Source of the DNA: Octopus sinensis
Lineage: Eukaryota
Direction: 5' to 3'
DNA: 64,000 nt
Assembly: GCF_006345805.1 (NCBI RefSeq)
Contig: NC_043018.1
Location: 17,422,001-17,486,000, forward strand
Part shown: positions 1 to 13,564 of the stretch, piece after piece
Position numbering within the stretch: position 1 is the stretch's first letter
Layout: each line of letters begins with the position of its first letter
Position numbers and translations under genes: made by a program
Notes under the pieces: generated by a model
What the model saw: the letters and a program-made list of their open reading frames with translations, nothing else
The model's database searches: none
Told to the model about the DNA's origin: nothing

Positions 1-219
1 GATGGATGAAATCTCTGCTGTACTCTAATCAAAGTTTTAATAACTATATTAAAGAATATTCTTGATGTAATGATTATCTCTCTGCCTCGGAAGATGCGGT
101 TATATTGTGAACTACCGTTGAATGCTAACCAATAGAAATATCACCAGGGCTGGATGACATTCTATAAGAAAGTTTTAGAGTGTCGTGTTAAACTATTGTT
201 CAACTGCTAGTAAAATGCC

Positions 220-503
220 GTGAAGACGCGTGGCTCAGTGGTTAGAGCGTCGAGCTTACGATAGTGAGGTTGTGAGCTCGAATCCCGGACCGGGTTGCAT
301 GTTGTGTTCTTGAGCGTGGCACTTTATTTCACGTTGCTCCAGTTCACTCAGCTGTAGAAATGAGTTGCGACGTCACAGGTGCCAAGCTGTATCGGCCCTT
401 GCCTTTCCCTTGGACAACATCGGTGACGTGGAGAGGGGAGGCCGGTATGCATGGGCGACTGCTGGTCTTCCATAAAACAACCTTGCCCAGACTTGTGCCT
501 CAG
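220..503 (+). mobile_element. tRNA-derived SINE (head H1 + conserved central domain + tail T2), 3'-truncated
   Basis: Pol III A box TGGCTCAGTGG and B-box-like GCTCGAATCC; central CACGTTGCTCCAGTTCACTCAGCTGTAGAAATGAGT; near-identical copy at 51316-51660 (minus). Confidence 0.85.
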
Positions 504-686
504 TGTCTGACCGAAGCGGGTCACCACCAAAATACCGATACTCTGCAAGGCATGAGCGAGAATAATATTGTTATTCATCTTTGACAACAAACTGGAGAGA
601 AGTGACTGTAACACCTAACTACAGTCGTTAACTTTTCAAAGCAGTGTTCGGGCAACTCTGAAGAGCGCCATTTTGCGAAACCTGCA

Positions 687-1207
687 AAAAAGTATTACAA
701 ATGTAAGTCCTCTGTCTAAAATTACAAAGAAGGCTGGGATATTCTACATTCGGTACATGCAACAGAATTGAAAATATCGAAGATGAAGGTTAACGTCGCT
801 GGGGGCCAGTCGGTTCGATCTACCCCACTACGCAACTGGTACTTAACTTATCGACCTCGAAAGGATGAAAGGCAAAGTCGACCTCGGCGGAATTCGAACT
901 CAGAATGTAAAGACCGCTAAGCATTTCGCCCGGCGTGCTAACGTTTCTGCCAGCAACAAAGTATTACAAATATAAGGCTGGGATATTCTACTTTCGGTAC
1001 ATGCAACAGAATTAAAAATATCGAAGATGAAGGTGAACGTCGCTGGGGGCCAGTCGATTAGATCTACCCCACTACGCAACTGGTACTTAATTTATCGACC
1101 TCGAAAGGATGAAAGGCAAAGTCGACCTAGGCGGAATTCGAACTCAGAATGTAAAGACCGCTAAGCATTTCGCCCGGCGTGCTAATGTTTCTTCCAGCTC
1201 GCCACCT
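687..1207 (-). repeat. Local tandem duplication (~270/250 bp units), each unit carrying a family-Y SINE (about 800-954 and 1045-1207)
   Basis: AAGGCTGGGATATTCTAC...GTTTCTGCCAGC occurs twice; both units start with CAAAGTATTACAAAT and share the same SINE deletion (AATGTAAAGACCGCTAAG). Confidence 0.9.
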
Positions 1208-1734
1208 TATCGGAAGAATATATTGTTGGTAGTGTTTCGTCTTCTACCTTTTTAGCGACGTTACTTGAAATACAGATGTTTGGATAGATAATTCCTTAAC
1301 CTTTTGGAGAATGAATCTATCTCGTTGATTACTTATTTGCTGCAACACCTGCGTGTGATTTATTATGGACTAAATCCTTTCTTTTTTTCTACCTAATTGT
1401 ATTCATTTACTTACGTCATTCCTGACTTTATTAAATGTATCATTTACTTACGCTTCGTCATCAAAATAATCTTCATCATCATCATTGTTATCAGCATCAA
1501 CAACATGAGCATTATCGTCGTCGTTGCTGTTCTTGTTGTTGGCATCATCACTATCGCACACATCACAAGCAGCATGAGTACCACCAATGGCCCCATCAAT
1601 GCCAGTTCTTCATTCAATATCGATTTGTATTTGTATCTCCAATAAGGTAACTACTGTAGAGGGTTTCGATGAGAAATGGTCGGAGTAGTGAAGATGCTAG
1701 ATCCATGAAAGTGATGATGACGGTGAGGGAGAAG

Positions 1735-1781
1735 GAGAGGAGAAGAAGAAGAAGAAGAAGAAGAAGAAGAAGGAGGAGGAG

Positions 1782-1813
<32 letters not shown>

Positions 1814-1965
1814 GAAGAAGAAGAAGAAGAAGAAGTAGAAGAAAGAAAAAGAAGTAGTAGAAAGAGAAGAAGAAGACGAAAGAGAGAAAGAAAGAAAAAG
1901 AAGAAGAAGAAGAAGAAGAGAAGAAGAAGAGAAGAAGAAGAAGAAGAAGAAGAAGAAGAAGAAGA
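1735..1965. repeat. (GAA)n / purine-rich trinucleotide microsatellite
   Basis: Direct reading; explains the poly-L/S/F/R ORFs in the track. Confidence 0.98.
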
Positions 1966-1984
1966 ATGGATTTGCAAATGATAA

Positions 1985-2561
1985 TAACATGCACTGATGA
2001 GGGCAGTGACTTGCATGGCTTTTGACCTTCACTGATTGGAAGTGTTATCATGTACAGTGTTTCATCTTGGTATAAAAGATGGGCTACAACAAATATTCTA
2101 CTCAATACCACAGATTTGCTTGTCAGTTATTTGCCCTTAAACAGATGATCATATCCCTTAGTGGCTGACGATATGTGAATCTCTGATCACGAGCAGAAAT
2201 AGTGGGGGAGCATCGTAGCCATGTGTTGAGAGGGATTCTTTGGGGCTTGAATAATTCACCTTAGGGAACATGGGTGTTTCGTTCATCATCCTTAAACAAA
2301 CCTTATTCAGGGACCTTTTGAGCAGAATGGGCTACTCAACCTGCAGAAAATTCTAACTGGGCCTATCATCAAAACCATGCACTGATTATCTTGATATAAG
2401 ATCTCCATGTCGCGCACATGTCGTTGTGATGCATGTGCCTGGTGTAACTTTATCAGACGGGTAGTCATGATGGGTATACTGGGCTTTACATATTTTACTC
2501 CAGTCTCACTTTGAAGGCATGTGCTGCTCTCTCACTCAATAATAATAATAATAATAATAAC

Positions 2562-2600
<39 letters not shown>
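1985..2600. mobile_element. Probable unclassified interspersed repeat abutting an (AAT)n tract (2538-2600)
   Basis: GC-richer block between (GAA)n and (AAT)n; resembles an abundant octopus repeat from memory only; single copy in the window. Confidence 0.35.
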
Positions 2601-2601
<1 letters not shown>

Positions 2602-3589
2602 CTTTCGATTGTAGGTACAAGGCCTGGATTTTTTTGGAGGTCTTGTGCCAGTAGTAGAAAAGGAAAGAAATGATTCTGCCAGCTGGCCACCTTGTTATCG
2701 ATTACGATAAACGTTATTTATTTTCCACTACTTTTAGCAACTTCATTCCCTTTTCTCTATGTATCCAATAAATCTGATTTCTCATCATCATCGTCATTTT
2801 CATCGTCACCATCAACATCTTCAAAAACATCATCTTCTTCAACAATAACTGCAATAACAATCAGCATCTTCATGCTCTCGGCCTTAAACATTCTCATAAT
2901 GATCATAATATTATTTTTAAAAAATGTTTCCGACGATGAATTTCTCGTCTGGCAACGCAGCCGATGTATTTGATACTTTGACACACAAGTAAACATACGT
3001 AAACATTATTCTGCATTGTGGTTTCTCATATTCTACTCAGTATGGCATCAAAATCAATTGAGTGTCTGCGAACCGCAATTAAACGAACAATAGATCACTC
3101 AACGTAAATCGTTTTTATTATGTCTTATTTTTTTATCAGGGAAAATACTTTTGAAGACAAAATAAATATTTAAAAAAAACAGCATCTGATATTTGAGTCT
3201 AAATTCAGAACTTTTTCACGAAAAGTATCATTCCATTGCTGTCAGCCATTCACTTTAAAAACTTAAAAGGTACAAGGGTATATATCTATGTATTTGCGTG
3301 TAACTGTCTAATATGTTGCTGTCACAGATATGTGCATGTATCAGTGCCGTACAGTAGTAGTAGTAGTAGTAGCAGCAGTAGTAGTAGTAGTAGTTAGTAG
3401 TAGTAGTAGTAGTGGTGTTCTTGGTTGAGGTGGTGGTGGAGGTGGTATTATTTCTGTTTAGTAGACAGAGTTTATTGACATGATCAATAAGGAACCTCTA
3501 CAAAAGCTCTCAAACATCATAAAAAATAACAACATAATCATGTATACGATGTTGCTCTTAGAAAGATCTTAAGTAATAAGGGAAATTAT

Positions 3590-4270
3590 CTAACAAACTT
3601 GAATAACCTCAACTATTTCACTGCTAAATTTGTAACTGCTCCGCTAGGTATCAGGAAGACACAGACCTCTTAAGTAGAAAATATCGATAGAAAAAGAGAT
3701 CGAATCTCTACAGGTGGATGCATTAGTTCTCGATGAACTTGCTAGAATAAATGTTAAGACGAAATGAGCAAGAAAAATTAAGAAAAAATATAAAATCAAA
3801 GATTTTAGAAACCTCCCAGCAACCAAAGAACAATTGGAACAACGTATCCAACTGAAAGCCCAACAGCTCAGAAGGTATGATGAAAGAATCAAATTTTATC
3901 GACAAAACATGATATTCAAGACGGATGTAGAGAAATTTCATGAGGAAATTGGCAAAAGTAAGATAGAAGTAAAAGAACCACTTAAGGCTGAAGAAGTGGA
4001 AGAATTCAGGAAGAAGATTGGGACCAACAAAGGAGAATATGATGGTAAAGCTGACTCGATATAACGTGTTAAAGTGAGATTGGATGAAGTTGAAGAGCAG
4101 AAATGGGAGGAAATAGGGGTAGAAGAGCTAAGATGTGTTCTTAGAAAGTCTCACAAAGGGAAAACTCCGGGACTGGACCGAATTCCTAGCTTCTGACTAA
4201 ATTGTCTGACAAAAGTACACCAAAAGTACGTTGCATCTCTGACTGATGTCATCCAAAACTCAGAGCATGC
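3590..4270 (+). mobile_element. Decayed internal fragment of an R4/Dong-clade non-LTR retrotransposon (region N-terminal to the RT)
   Basis: EQRIQLKAQQLRRYDERIKFYRQNMIFKTDVEKFHEEIGKSKIEVKEP then LRKSHKGKTPGLDRIPSF* match the R4/Dong pattern KAQRIRRY..R..FYRQN..F...KSPG.D.I.NFW; stops present. Confidence 0.75.
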
Positions 4271-4638
4271 TGATATACACATGCTGATATAAGACCTACG
4301 TTGGACTCCTCATTCGCATAATCACCGAACCTGGAACTTAACTATAGTCTATCCATAGCACTTACACAGCATTACCTGATACCTTTAGGTTTTATTGACA
4401 CTTCTCATAACCAACATTTGTAGAAAATAGAAATAAACAGTCTCTGACTGCTATTTCTAATGTTTTCGGTATGCGGCTAAGCAACCTGTTGCCTGCCTCT
4501 TTTATTTATATACAAATATATATATATACTGAACTTTATAGAAGTTCCTACCGTTAATGGTTATATTTACATGCCGAAATCTACCAGTAAATAATTGTTG
4601 GGTTTTTTTACAAACCATTAAAGATATTATTTACTCTC

Positions 4639-4785
<147 letters not shown>

Positions 4786-6599
4786 GTAATACAATTAAAG
4801 GCTCCTAAATTAGGATGCCGAGTATATATATATACATGTATATATGTATGTACCTATGTTTGTATATATATATTACTTTATTATGTTGTGTCTGGGGAAA
4901 ATCATTCTCTGTTGGTGCCTTACAATTCAACACACTCAACAGTAACGATTCCACTTATCTCATTTTGTATTTTTCTAAAATTTTCGTTGCGTCGTGCGAC
5001 CTATTCAATAGTTTTGACTCTGTACGTTACTCACACTGCTCGAAAAACTTTTAAAATAATCAAAACATTTAGGATTCGAATAAATTAGTGACGGAGGTGA
5101 TTCGAGATCAGTGAAAGAGGGGAGAGGCTGGAGATTCGTGGGAACGCGAAAGTTCCAACATTTCTGGCAAAGAAAGACTTTCATTGTATCAGGAGATGTT
5201 TAAGGGAAAAATAGTTTCTAAACCTATCAACAGGAGTTTCCTTTCCTACATGTTTTTGTCTCTCCCAGCAGTACTCCTACATAACCCAAGTCGATGTTTC
5301 TGCTGCATAGCTACTCAGTTTTACATGTGCACGCTCATTCAGGATCTCGTGAAGAAATCGGTCTGAATATTATATTAGAGCCTGAACGACCCCACACTAT
5401 TGAAGCTCCGAGTATTTGTAAGCTAAATCATCCAATTCACACAAACTCGCTTACATGTGTTGAGTTCACTTTTTCTAGTTTTTCTCTTCTAAACATACAT
5501 TCGTTCTCTGAGAAGACATCTTAGATTGGAATTGGTTTGTTTACAAAAATCTCCCCAGTCTTTCGAAATGGTAAATATTGGCTTTTTGACAGCTTCTGAT
5601 GTTGGCATCGTATGAAAATCAGACCCGAGTCTAAATTCAAATGTCTACTTTAAATGCCTATAAATCTTAATAGACGTATTTAATCGGTTTATATAAAGCT
5701 TACGGTTTATAAAACATCACAGATATATGTTCATAATATTTGGGTCACGTTAAATTCTTACCACACACAAGAAGCAGAGCAACTTGTAATTGTAACCTCG
5801 AGAAATCCAGAGCAGAAGTACAAAAGAGCCTGACATCAGCAAGCCGTGTTCCGGTCAGTGAGAGGACCATTTTGGAGAGAAATGGTTTCATTGATGGAGA
5901 CAGTTTTTTTGTTTTTTTTTCAAATTTTTATTGATTCAGACCCACAATTTTCTAAAGAAATGGCACTTGTTTGTAACTCTTTAGACGTGCAACTCACTGA
6001 GAATTTTTCCCAACAGAAACCTATGAAAGTGAGGCTTGACTTTGAGATGAGTCAAAACTGATTTAAACTCTCTAATCTTATATTTAGATTTTTTAATCTG
6101 AATTTCGATAAAGAGATTATGTCTTAGATTTAGACAGGTTTAGAAATATAGTCGAGCTTTTCTTCTTAAAATGAAATGGCGAAAGTATGGCGAGATGGTC
6201 TTAAAGTGTTGAGAATTCTATAATTTTGATAGTACCGTGTGCGCGTGTGTGTGTGACACTTTACTGGTTTTACTTTTCGAATTTCTTACCAGCTAAAAAA
6301 TACTAGGTTTCCAGCGTAGAAAAACCTCTCTTTCGCTGGCATTTGGACAACTACATCAGGGTAGTGATTCATGCGTGTAAGTCTGCATATACAGATATAG
6401 GTGTACGTATCACACCTGAGTGCAAGTATTGGTGTCATTACATATGGGGATCTATGCGTTTTGACGGACGTATACATATGTTTCCTTGTCTATAAATGTG
6501 TAATAAATACACCTATTGCACATTAAATTGCTAAAAGTTTGGCATATTTTGACAGTGACTTTGATAGTTGTAGTTCCTTGGTTAGGCGTCGTCTTTCTG

Positions 6600-7232
6600 C
6601 TTTCATCAGTTGATGAATTGGCAATAAAGCTTAGTTCAAACCATACAACTGTTCATCGTCATCTTCATGAAACTCGCGGAAAAAAGGTTCTTCTCTCTAT
6701 CTGGTGGGATTGCAAAGGTGTAATTCACTTTGAATTGTTACCACCTAATGCAACAATCAATGCCCACGTCTACTGTCAGCAATTAGAGTGTTTTGAACAA
6801 AGCTTTGAAGAAAAACAGACCCGCTTTAGTGAATCGAAATGGAGTGATGTTTCATCAGGACAATGCGCGACTCCACACTGCAAAGATCACATCACAGAAG
6901 ATCGAAGAGCTTGGCTGGGAAAAAATTCCTCATCCAGCTTATTCTTCCCACCTTGCTCCTTCAGACTACCATTTGTTTCGTAGTTTACAGAAGCATTTGC
7001 AAGATACAACTTTTGCAAGCCAGGAGGAGGTCGAAATTGACATTTCAGAGTTCTTCGCTTTGAAACCAAAAGAGTTTTACATTGATGGGATTAAAAAAGC
7101 TTGTAAATAGACGGAAATAAGTCATAGATAATCAGGGAACGTACATTGATGATTGAATTTCAAGTAAATATAACATTTGATCACTTGTTTTCTTTGTTCA
7201 AAATTCGGACAGAACTTATGGGATGACCTGAT
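6600..7232 (+). mobile_element. Internally deleted mariner (DD34D) transposon remnant with right TIR
   Basis: HTH LAIKLSSNHTTVHRHL fused directly to KKVLLSIWWDCKGVIHFELL (WVPHEL and first catalytic D missing); HQDNARLH...APSDYHLF with 34 residues between the Asp; frameshift near 6790; TIR CGGACAGAACTTATGGGATGACCTGAT at 7206-7232; no left TIR seen. Confidence 0.93.
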
Positions 7233-8649
7233 GTTCAGAAACGTTATTCCTTATGCCTACGCATTTAAAGATACACACAAAATATTTCTTAAATTCTAAA
7301 TTGTATAATTTTTTATTGCAATTTCTCAAAACATTATTTATGAGTAATAAACTGAATTGTCTTCGTGTATTTTTCCTGATTTTCCCATTTTCTCTTAAGT
7401 ACTCTGTATCGTCTTCCTTTTTCGTTAATCTCGTAAATTTGCTTGGCGTCAGATTTGTTTATATAATTCAAGTTAATTTATGTCTTGCAGATTCTAAACT
7501 TCCTGCTTTTTATATATTTTATTTTTTTCAAACTTTCATTTTATGCACAATTGCTTTTGGTGTTAAGGACGTAAGAGGAGGAATATTTTGACACTAGTGA
7601 CATCTTAGTATTCAATTTTTGTAAAGTTTAAGACCCAAAATTAAAATGAAATGTTGCCTAAACTCAGAATTATGATTACGATTGCAGATATTTAACATAT
7701 TTTGAAAATATTGTGTATTCCAATTTGCTTCCGATTTTGGACAAACAAATTTTCAAGGGAAAAATAATCTAAAAAATGCAACGAAAAAGGAAAATGGATT
7801 ATGTATTAGTTAGCCCCAGGGCGGCCCTAGCGGAACAACGTCATGGTTGCGTTGTTGTTGCTTAGCTGCAGCTCAGCCCTGAGCCATTTATATTTGTATT
7901 TCCTTCTTCTTGTTGGTGTCGATGCTGTTGCTGTTGTTGTTGTTGTTGTCGATCGCCTCGTTGGTTGTAGTTGTGTTCTTCGTGTTGTTATATAACCCCC
8001 AGTCAGAGTGAAACTGGTCTTCCCTATGTTTGCGTTTGGTTGTTGTTTTTGGTTTTGTGGTTTGTTCCTTTCTTTACAACAAGGTAAGACGTGACTAAGC
8101 ATCAGTATGATTACGCTACGCTACGCTGTTGTTTTTCAGACACAGGTCAGCTCTGATTCACATACGATTCCATTTTGTTCTCGTCGCCATTGTTACTGTA
8201 TTTTTGTTGTTTTCTTGATGTTGTTGTTTACTCGAAATTCCACTATTATCCGCCCTATGATTGCCTTAGTTTGTTGTTTATGATCGTAATAGTATAATGC
8301 AAAATGACGCGTGATATGCTCTATTGACCGTCTTACAATTAATTTCTTGTTACATTTAATTATAACAAACCTACTACACTTTCCTGTTAATTACAAATTA
8401 TAATTCTTATGATATTGACATTTCTCATGAAAAAGTGAACCCTGCCTAACCAAACACTTGACAATATATATTTCAGTCTATATTTTAGTTAGGCGAGCAA
8501 ACATTTAACGGTTCCTGCTTTCACTTTCTGGCCAACTTAAGAAAGTGTAGTAAAGTTACGTTACTATTCAATGGAAGAAGTTGAACTTCTAGATTTTCTT
8601 CATGGAAGCTTAGCATATCAACTCCATCGTATATCATTCATCCTCATAA

Positions 8650-8880
8650 GGCAGCGAGCTGCAGAACCGTTAGCACGCCGGGCGAAATGCGTAGCCGTAT
8701 TTTGTCTGCCGTTACGTTCTGAGTTCAAATCCGCCGAGGTCGGCTTTGCCTTTCATCCTTTCGGGGTCGATAAATTAAGTACCAGTTACGCACTGGGGTC
8801 GATGTAATCGACTTAATTCGTTTGTCTGCCCTTGTTTGTCCCCCCCCCTATGTTTAGCCCCTTGTGGGTAATAAACATAT
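8650..8880 (+). mobile_element. Family-Y tRNA-derived SINE (~230 bp)
   Basis: GGCAGCGAGCTG...GTTCAAATCC...TTTGCCTTTCATCCTTTCGGGGTCGATAAATTAAGTACCAG; copies at 35839-36070, 44985-45207, 45449-45679 and diverged copies near 11275-11420, 21340-21510, 61790-62000. Confidence 0.88.
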
Positions 8881-9307
8881 ATCATTCATCCTCATCATCA
8901 TACGCCCATCACACACATATAGATTTATAGATGTATATAATATATGCCGATACATAAATGAGTGTTTGTACGTGCGTATGTAAATTATATACACACGTAT
9001 ACGTACACACACACAAAATATGTATATATTCACACATGTAAGCACGTAAATATGTGTGTATATGTTTCTTATGTGTGCCTACGTATTCATACATTTTGAA
9101 TAAATCCATATAATCAACTACTTAAGCGGTGTAGAACCCAGCTAATACATACACGTCAATGTCCCTTTTCTAAATTATAGTGAATCTTGTAAAAAAAATA
9201 ATCTACTGATAACGGATTTACCATGTATATATATATCTGTGGATATGCATGCGTAAGAGAATATGAGATGTATGAAAGGGCTTTCCGTATGTATATATAT
9301 ATATATA

Positions 9308-9413
9308 TAGCAATTAAGGACAACTACTTAATAAGGAAAACTTAACAAGAAATTGTCAGGTAGATAGCGTGAAAACCTCATAAGAGAATAAATTATTTTC
9401 GAAATAATTATTT
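9308..9413. repeat. ~105 bp dispersed repeat with an inverted near-identical copy at 40793-40896
   Basis: TAGCAATTAAGGACAACTACTTAATAAGGAAAACTTAACAAGAAATTGTCAGGTAGATAGCGTGAAAACCTCATAAGAGA and its reverse complement; both abut (TA)n. Confidence 0.85.
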
Positions 9414-9448
9414 TCGATATATATATATATATAGATAGATAGATAGAT

Positions 9449-9490
<42 letters not shown>

Positions 9491-12400
9491 TGATAGATAG
9501 ATTTAAATATAAATACGTTGAGTATGCATATTTTTTTAAACTCCGAAACTAATCTCGAGATATTTATGCAATGGATCAGTTTCAAAGTGTGTATCTTGCG
9601 CTCAAGGACAGCTTTTAGCGTGAAATACTTATGTTCAGAATATTTTAAACGCAATAACTAAAGTGTTATTATATCGCTAACATATTTCATGCATACACCT
9701 CCTCTAGAGACAGGTTCCCAGAAATATTTTAACACAACGTCCACATTATTTCAATTTCCTTTTACCTAAAGTTTTATCTGTTTTTGTCTTTCTCCTGGGG
9801 CTAAATATATTCTATTCAAAGTGCAATTTTATCGGGTTTATCATTTTTGTTTTTATTCGGTGTGATTTCGTGATATGTGCTTAGACGTTGATCTGTTTAG
9901 TGTATATAGGTTTGAATATTTGAACAACGTATTGGAATATAGGTAACGTAACGAGACATCTTTAAATATATTTCGTTTTTTGTTATTTTCATTGTTTGTG
10001 TCCCATTCTATATCGAGCTCCTTATTTAAGTGGTACAACCGTAATACAAGCCACAACGCTGCTCCATGAAGCTGATTGCTCATTCGCTTTCATATGTCCC
10101 CATATTCATACAATGTCTCTCCGCCAATAAGATCATGATAATTCAGTGTTAGTTATTTTCTACATTTGTCATAAAGTTTCATAAGATATATTTCTTGGTG
10201 CTTGGAAATGATTGACACCGTTAACATTACGGGGCAGTTAAAGCTGAGGTTTCATGATCATAGTTGACATGAACTGTAGATTTAGTTACAAATTTTATGC
10301 TTTGGATTCAGATTTATCCGAAGTATCATTTGCATTCATTCGTCTGTTGCTGATAAACTGCGTATCAACAATTTGTGTGGGGTTACTTCAATCGATTCTA
10401 TGCCTGCGAACCTAAATATACTTGTAACAATGAAAGTAAACAACGTCACTGATACTTAAGTACTATTTTCTTGGAACTGAAAAACCAAGTTTTACTTTTT
10501 ATAATCATTTTGAACTCAGATAGATCAAAAACGTTTCAGGTTTTCCGTCAGAACTTTCAAAGTCTTGAACCCGAAGCTCAAAATCTCCGTTAATAATGGA
10601 TTTAAATCTCTTTGAGGTATCGCTTTGATCCTATCTTCAACTTTACTCGTTTGAAGTTATCTTTCTGAAATGCAATCGTGATATCTGAGAATCTTTTAAG
10701 CCGTTATTTTTATATATTTATTCATTTTATTTGTGTGTAAAATTAAACGTTACGAGTATATAAGCGTACAACTTATTCATCAGAAATCTAGTTTCCTTAA
10801 AAACACCTCCACATATTCAGACCCTTATGCAATGTATGTATAAGTTTACGGTATTCATTTCATTCCCAAATGCATTGGTTTTGTAGTTCTTTACACCCAG
10901 ACTAATAACGTTCAGTCAAATAGGCCTTTAGGCAAAGATTTTGTGAAAAGGATCATGCTACCTTTTGATACACACACATATAGACACATACTTATATGCT
11001 ATCTCTTTGAGGATGTGCAACCTTGTTAGGATTCTAGAGTTGGCTTGTGCAATGACAATATCACCGCAGCTGTTAAAATATTACCTTATTTACCTCAGTA
11101 TTGTACATAGATGTCTAAATTAATATAAGCTGTTTTATCAGCGATAATTAATTTGTCTGTTGTCTGCTGTTAAATTGAATTCTTTGTTAGTGAGCATTTT
11201 AATATTGGATTCAGATTTTATACAAGGCTAGCAATTTCTGGAGGATGTGTTTTACTAGATTAAATACATCCAGTGTTCAACTACTTTATATTTTATAGAC
11301 ACTGAAAGATGAAAGCACAGTCGACCTCAGCGGAATTTGATCGCTGAATGCAAGATATCGGAAGAAATACCGCTAAGCATCTTCTCCAACATGCTAACGA
11401 TTCTACCAGGTGGCCGTTCTTAACCATAGTTATAACATTGATGTGGAATTTGGGAAGAAGTCCAGGAACTTGGTGAGACGGCGTAAGTGAATTTCATCAA
11501 ATGAATTACATTAGACGTAGTTATATTATTGATAGAAACGTGAATGCATCTCCCTGAAAAGTGTCGATGAAAATGAAAAAATGCGATTTGAGGAAAGATA
11601 TTTTGACTCGCTGCCCGCAGAGGCGAAAGAGTACATTTTCTATGGTGTTGTAGCCTTTAAAAGGGACAATAGCAATAAAAGCAGAGTGTGAGATAGCAAT
11701 CAAAATATAAAGTAGATTCTCTCGGTCGACATGTATTTTACAACATGCATCAAAGCATTTTTTTGTAAATATAAACCAAGGGAATTGTAGGTCTACGAAA
11801 ATTAGAGATATTTATTGTTTCAGAAACGTAATTTAGGTGCCTTGAAATGTATTTCCTATTGCATTAAAACCTTATTCATAGAATATGCTTGCAAGAATTT
11901 TATGGAAAAACACCTTCATGCATAATTACTAGGAAGCGCTGTGGAATGGAAACCAGTTTCCTTAGTTAGAATTACAAAATCAAAAGAAATAATCGTAAAA
12001 ATATCGAAATATGAATAGCACTTCGCTATTTGATGAGTTACAGTGAAGTTCATTACCATTTGCAGAACACGAGTTATTTCTATTTCGTCACGTGTCAAAG
12101 CGCAGCATACATTCGTATCTTCTGTTTAATGGGAATAAAACACACTTAATCAATGGAGGTTGGTGGTATTCGTGACATTTCTTTTTCATGATGAATGCAT
12201 GTTCATGGAAATATTTAAGGTCATATTTTGTATCGATATTCAAATAACACATCAATTTTTGAGTATCTAAATGTAAACACATCTCAGCAGAATCTCTATT
12301 AAAATAACTTTCAGTTAGCGTTACGTAGTAATGTTTCATGGACATCACCTAAAAAGACTTGTACTCTGTCATATAGTTCCATAGAAACACGGACACCGTT

Positions 12401-12605
12401 GAGAGGGTTGCATTGTGTAGTGAAGAATTTTATGTATTCGCACTAAAATCATTTCTTCTATTAATGAAAGAAGCAACTACAGCGACATCAAAGGCATTTT
12501 AAAAACGATCTGCTCTGAGAAAATTATTATTTTCGAGACAGAGTATATCCTTCCAATATTTCTATCCCAAATGTAATGTTCACAGTTCGTTTCGCAAAGT
12601 ATATA

Positions 12606-13003
12606 TCTTTATATATAAAAGTGAGGTTGTGTTCTGTCTGTCTCCTACGATTTAGATTCCTAACTTCTCCCACATTTTGCGGTGCAGTTTAACCAAAACC
12701 GGGTATCTTATAGTCATGATTGATATCGAGCCCTTCTGGGTATTAGCGCGCGTCTACGATGAGTCTACGATTTTAAAAAGAATTTACCATCAATTTTACC
12801 CATTTTAATGCATTTTTGGCATATATAAGGGAAGTAACACTCGAAAAATTTATTATAAAATCTCAGAATGTAAAAGGCTACAGTAACACACACACCCCTT
12901 TGTGGTTAGCCGTATTGAGATGGCTATTATACTTTACATCTCTAAAAATGCTAATATAGTTATTTCCCTTACAAACCCGAGCAACGCCGGGCGATACTGC
13001 TAG
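12606..13003 (+). mobile_element. Non-autonomous Helitron (~400 bp)
   Basis: 5' TC(TTTATATATAAAAG); 3' hairpin CCCGAGCAACGCCGGG then CTAG; inserted between A and T; second copy at 49968-50366. Confidence 0.9.
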
Positions 13004-13564
13004 TATATGCATAAATTATAAAAAGAAAGAAAATAATTGACTAGGAAACTGATATATTTGGATATAAAGACCAATGTAGATACGTGTACAAGCATAGAAA
13101 ACGAATTACATAAAATTCTAGATCAGTAAACAGCTAAATCCTACTCCAATTGGAAAGCAAATGTAAAATTACAGTTTATTAAAAAACACTACAACAATGT
13201 TCCTTGCCAATAAACCTTTACAACTTGTATATAACTGTAAACTCATATTCAGTTTTGGCTTAGACGAGGGATCCTTTAAGAACTCAGTTCTTTATTCGTA
13301 GACCGAGTAGACCGTGGTGTTCTTGAACAAAACATTTCATACCATGTTGATCATCTGTTTCGCGGTATACAGTGTATTTGTTCAGGAAACGTCGATTTGA
13401 GCTAATGTACAGCACATATATTTGATCACTATAAACAAATTATTTGTGTAGGTTGTTCCGACAAAACAGAACGCTCATACGTCGATCTCGACAGGAGTAA
13501 CCATCGTATGTGAACATATATGATATAATGATATATATATATTGCAAAATGTGACAGCGTGTGT

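Noticed and set aside
220-300. tRNA gene calls for SINE heads (also 37140-37210, 42240-42306, 47472-47545, 51590-51660)
   Set aside because: Acceptor stems are not formed and each continues into a shared SINE body, so they are SINE heads rather than tRNA genes
655-690. CTGAAGA-GCG...TGC-GAAA hammerhead-like core
   Set aside because: No U16.1/H17 site and no stem I pairing
1994-2200. CTGATGA and CTGACGA motifs in the 2-kb repeat
   Set aside because: No correctly spaced GAAA, stem III and NUH
10745-10790. Minus-strand CTGATGA-ATAAG/CTTAT hairpin followed by GTAACGTT
   Set aside because: GAAA is mutated and mis-spaced and stem I does not pair; could be chance
11536-11691. Protein-looking frame KRECISLKSVDENEKMRFEERYFDSLPAEAKEYIFYG
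   Set aside because: Weak splice signals, not recognised as any family, only about 51 codons
12088-12348. 86-aa minus-strand ORF with non-repetitive composition
   Set aside because: No recognisable motif; within chance length for AT-rich DNA
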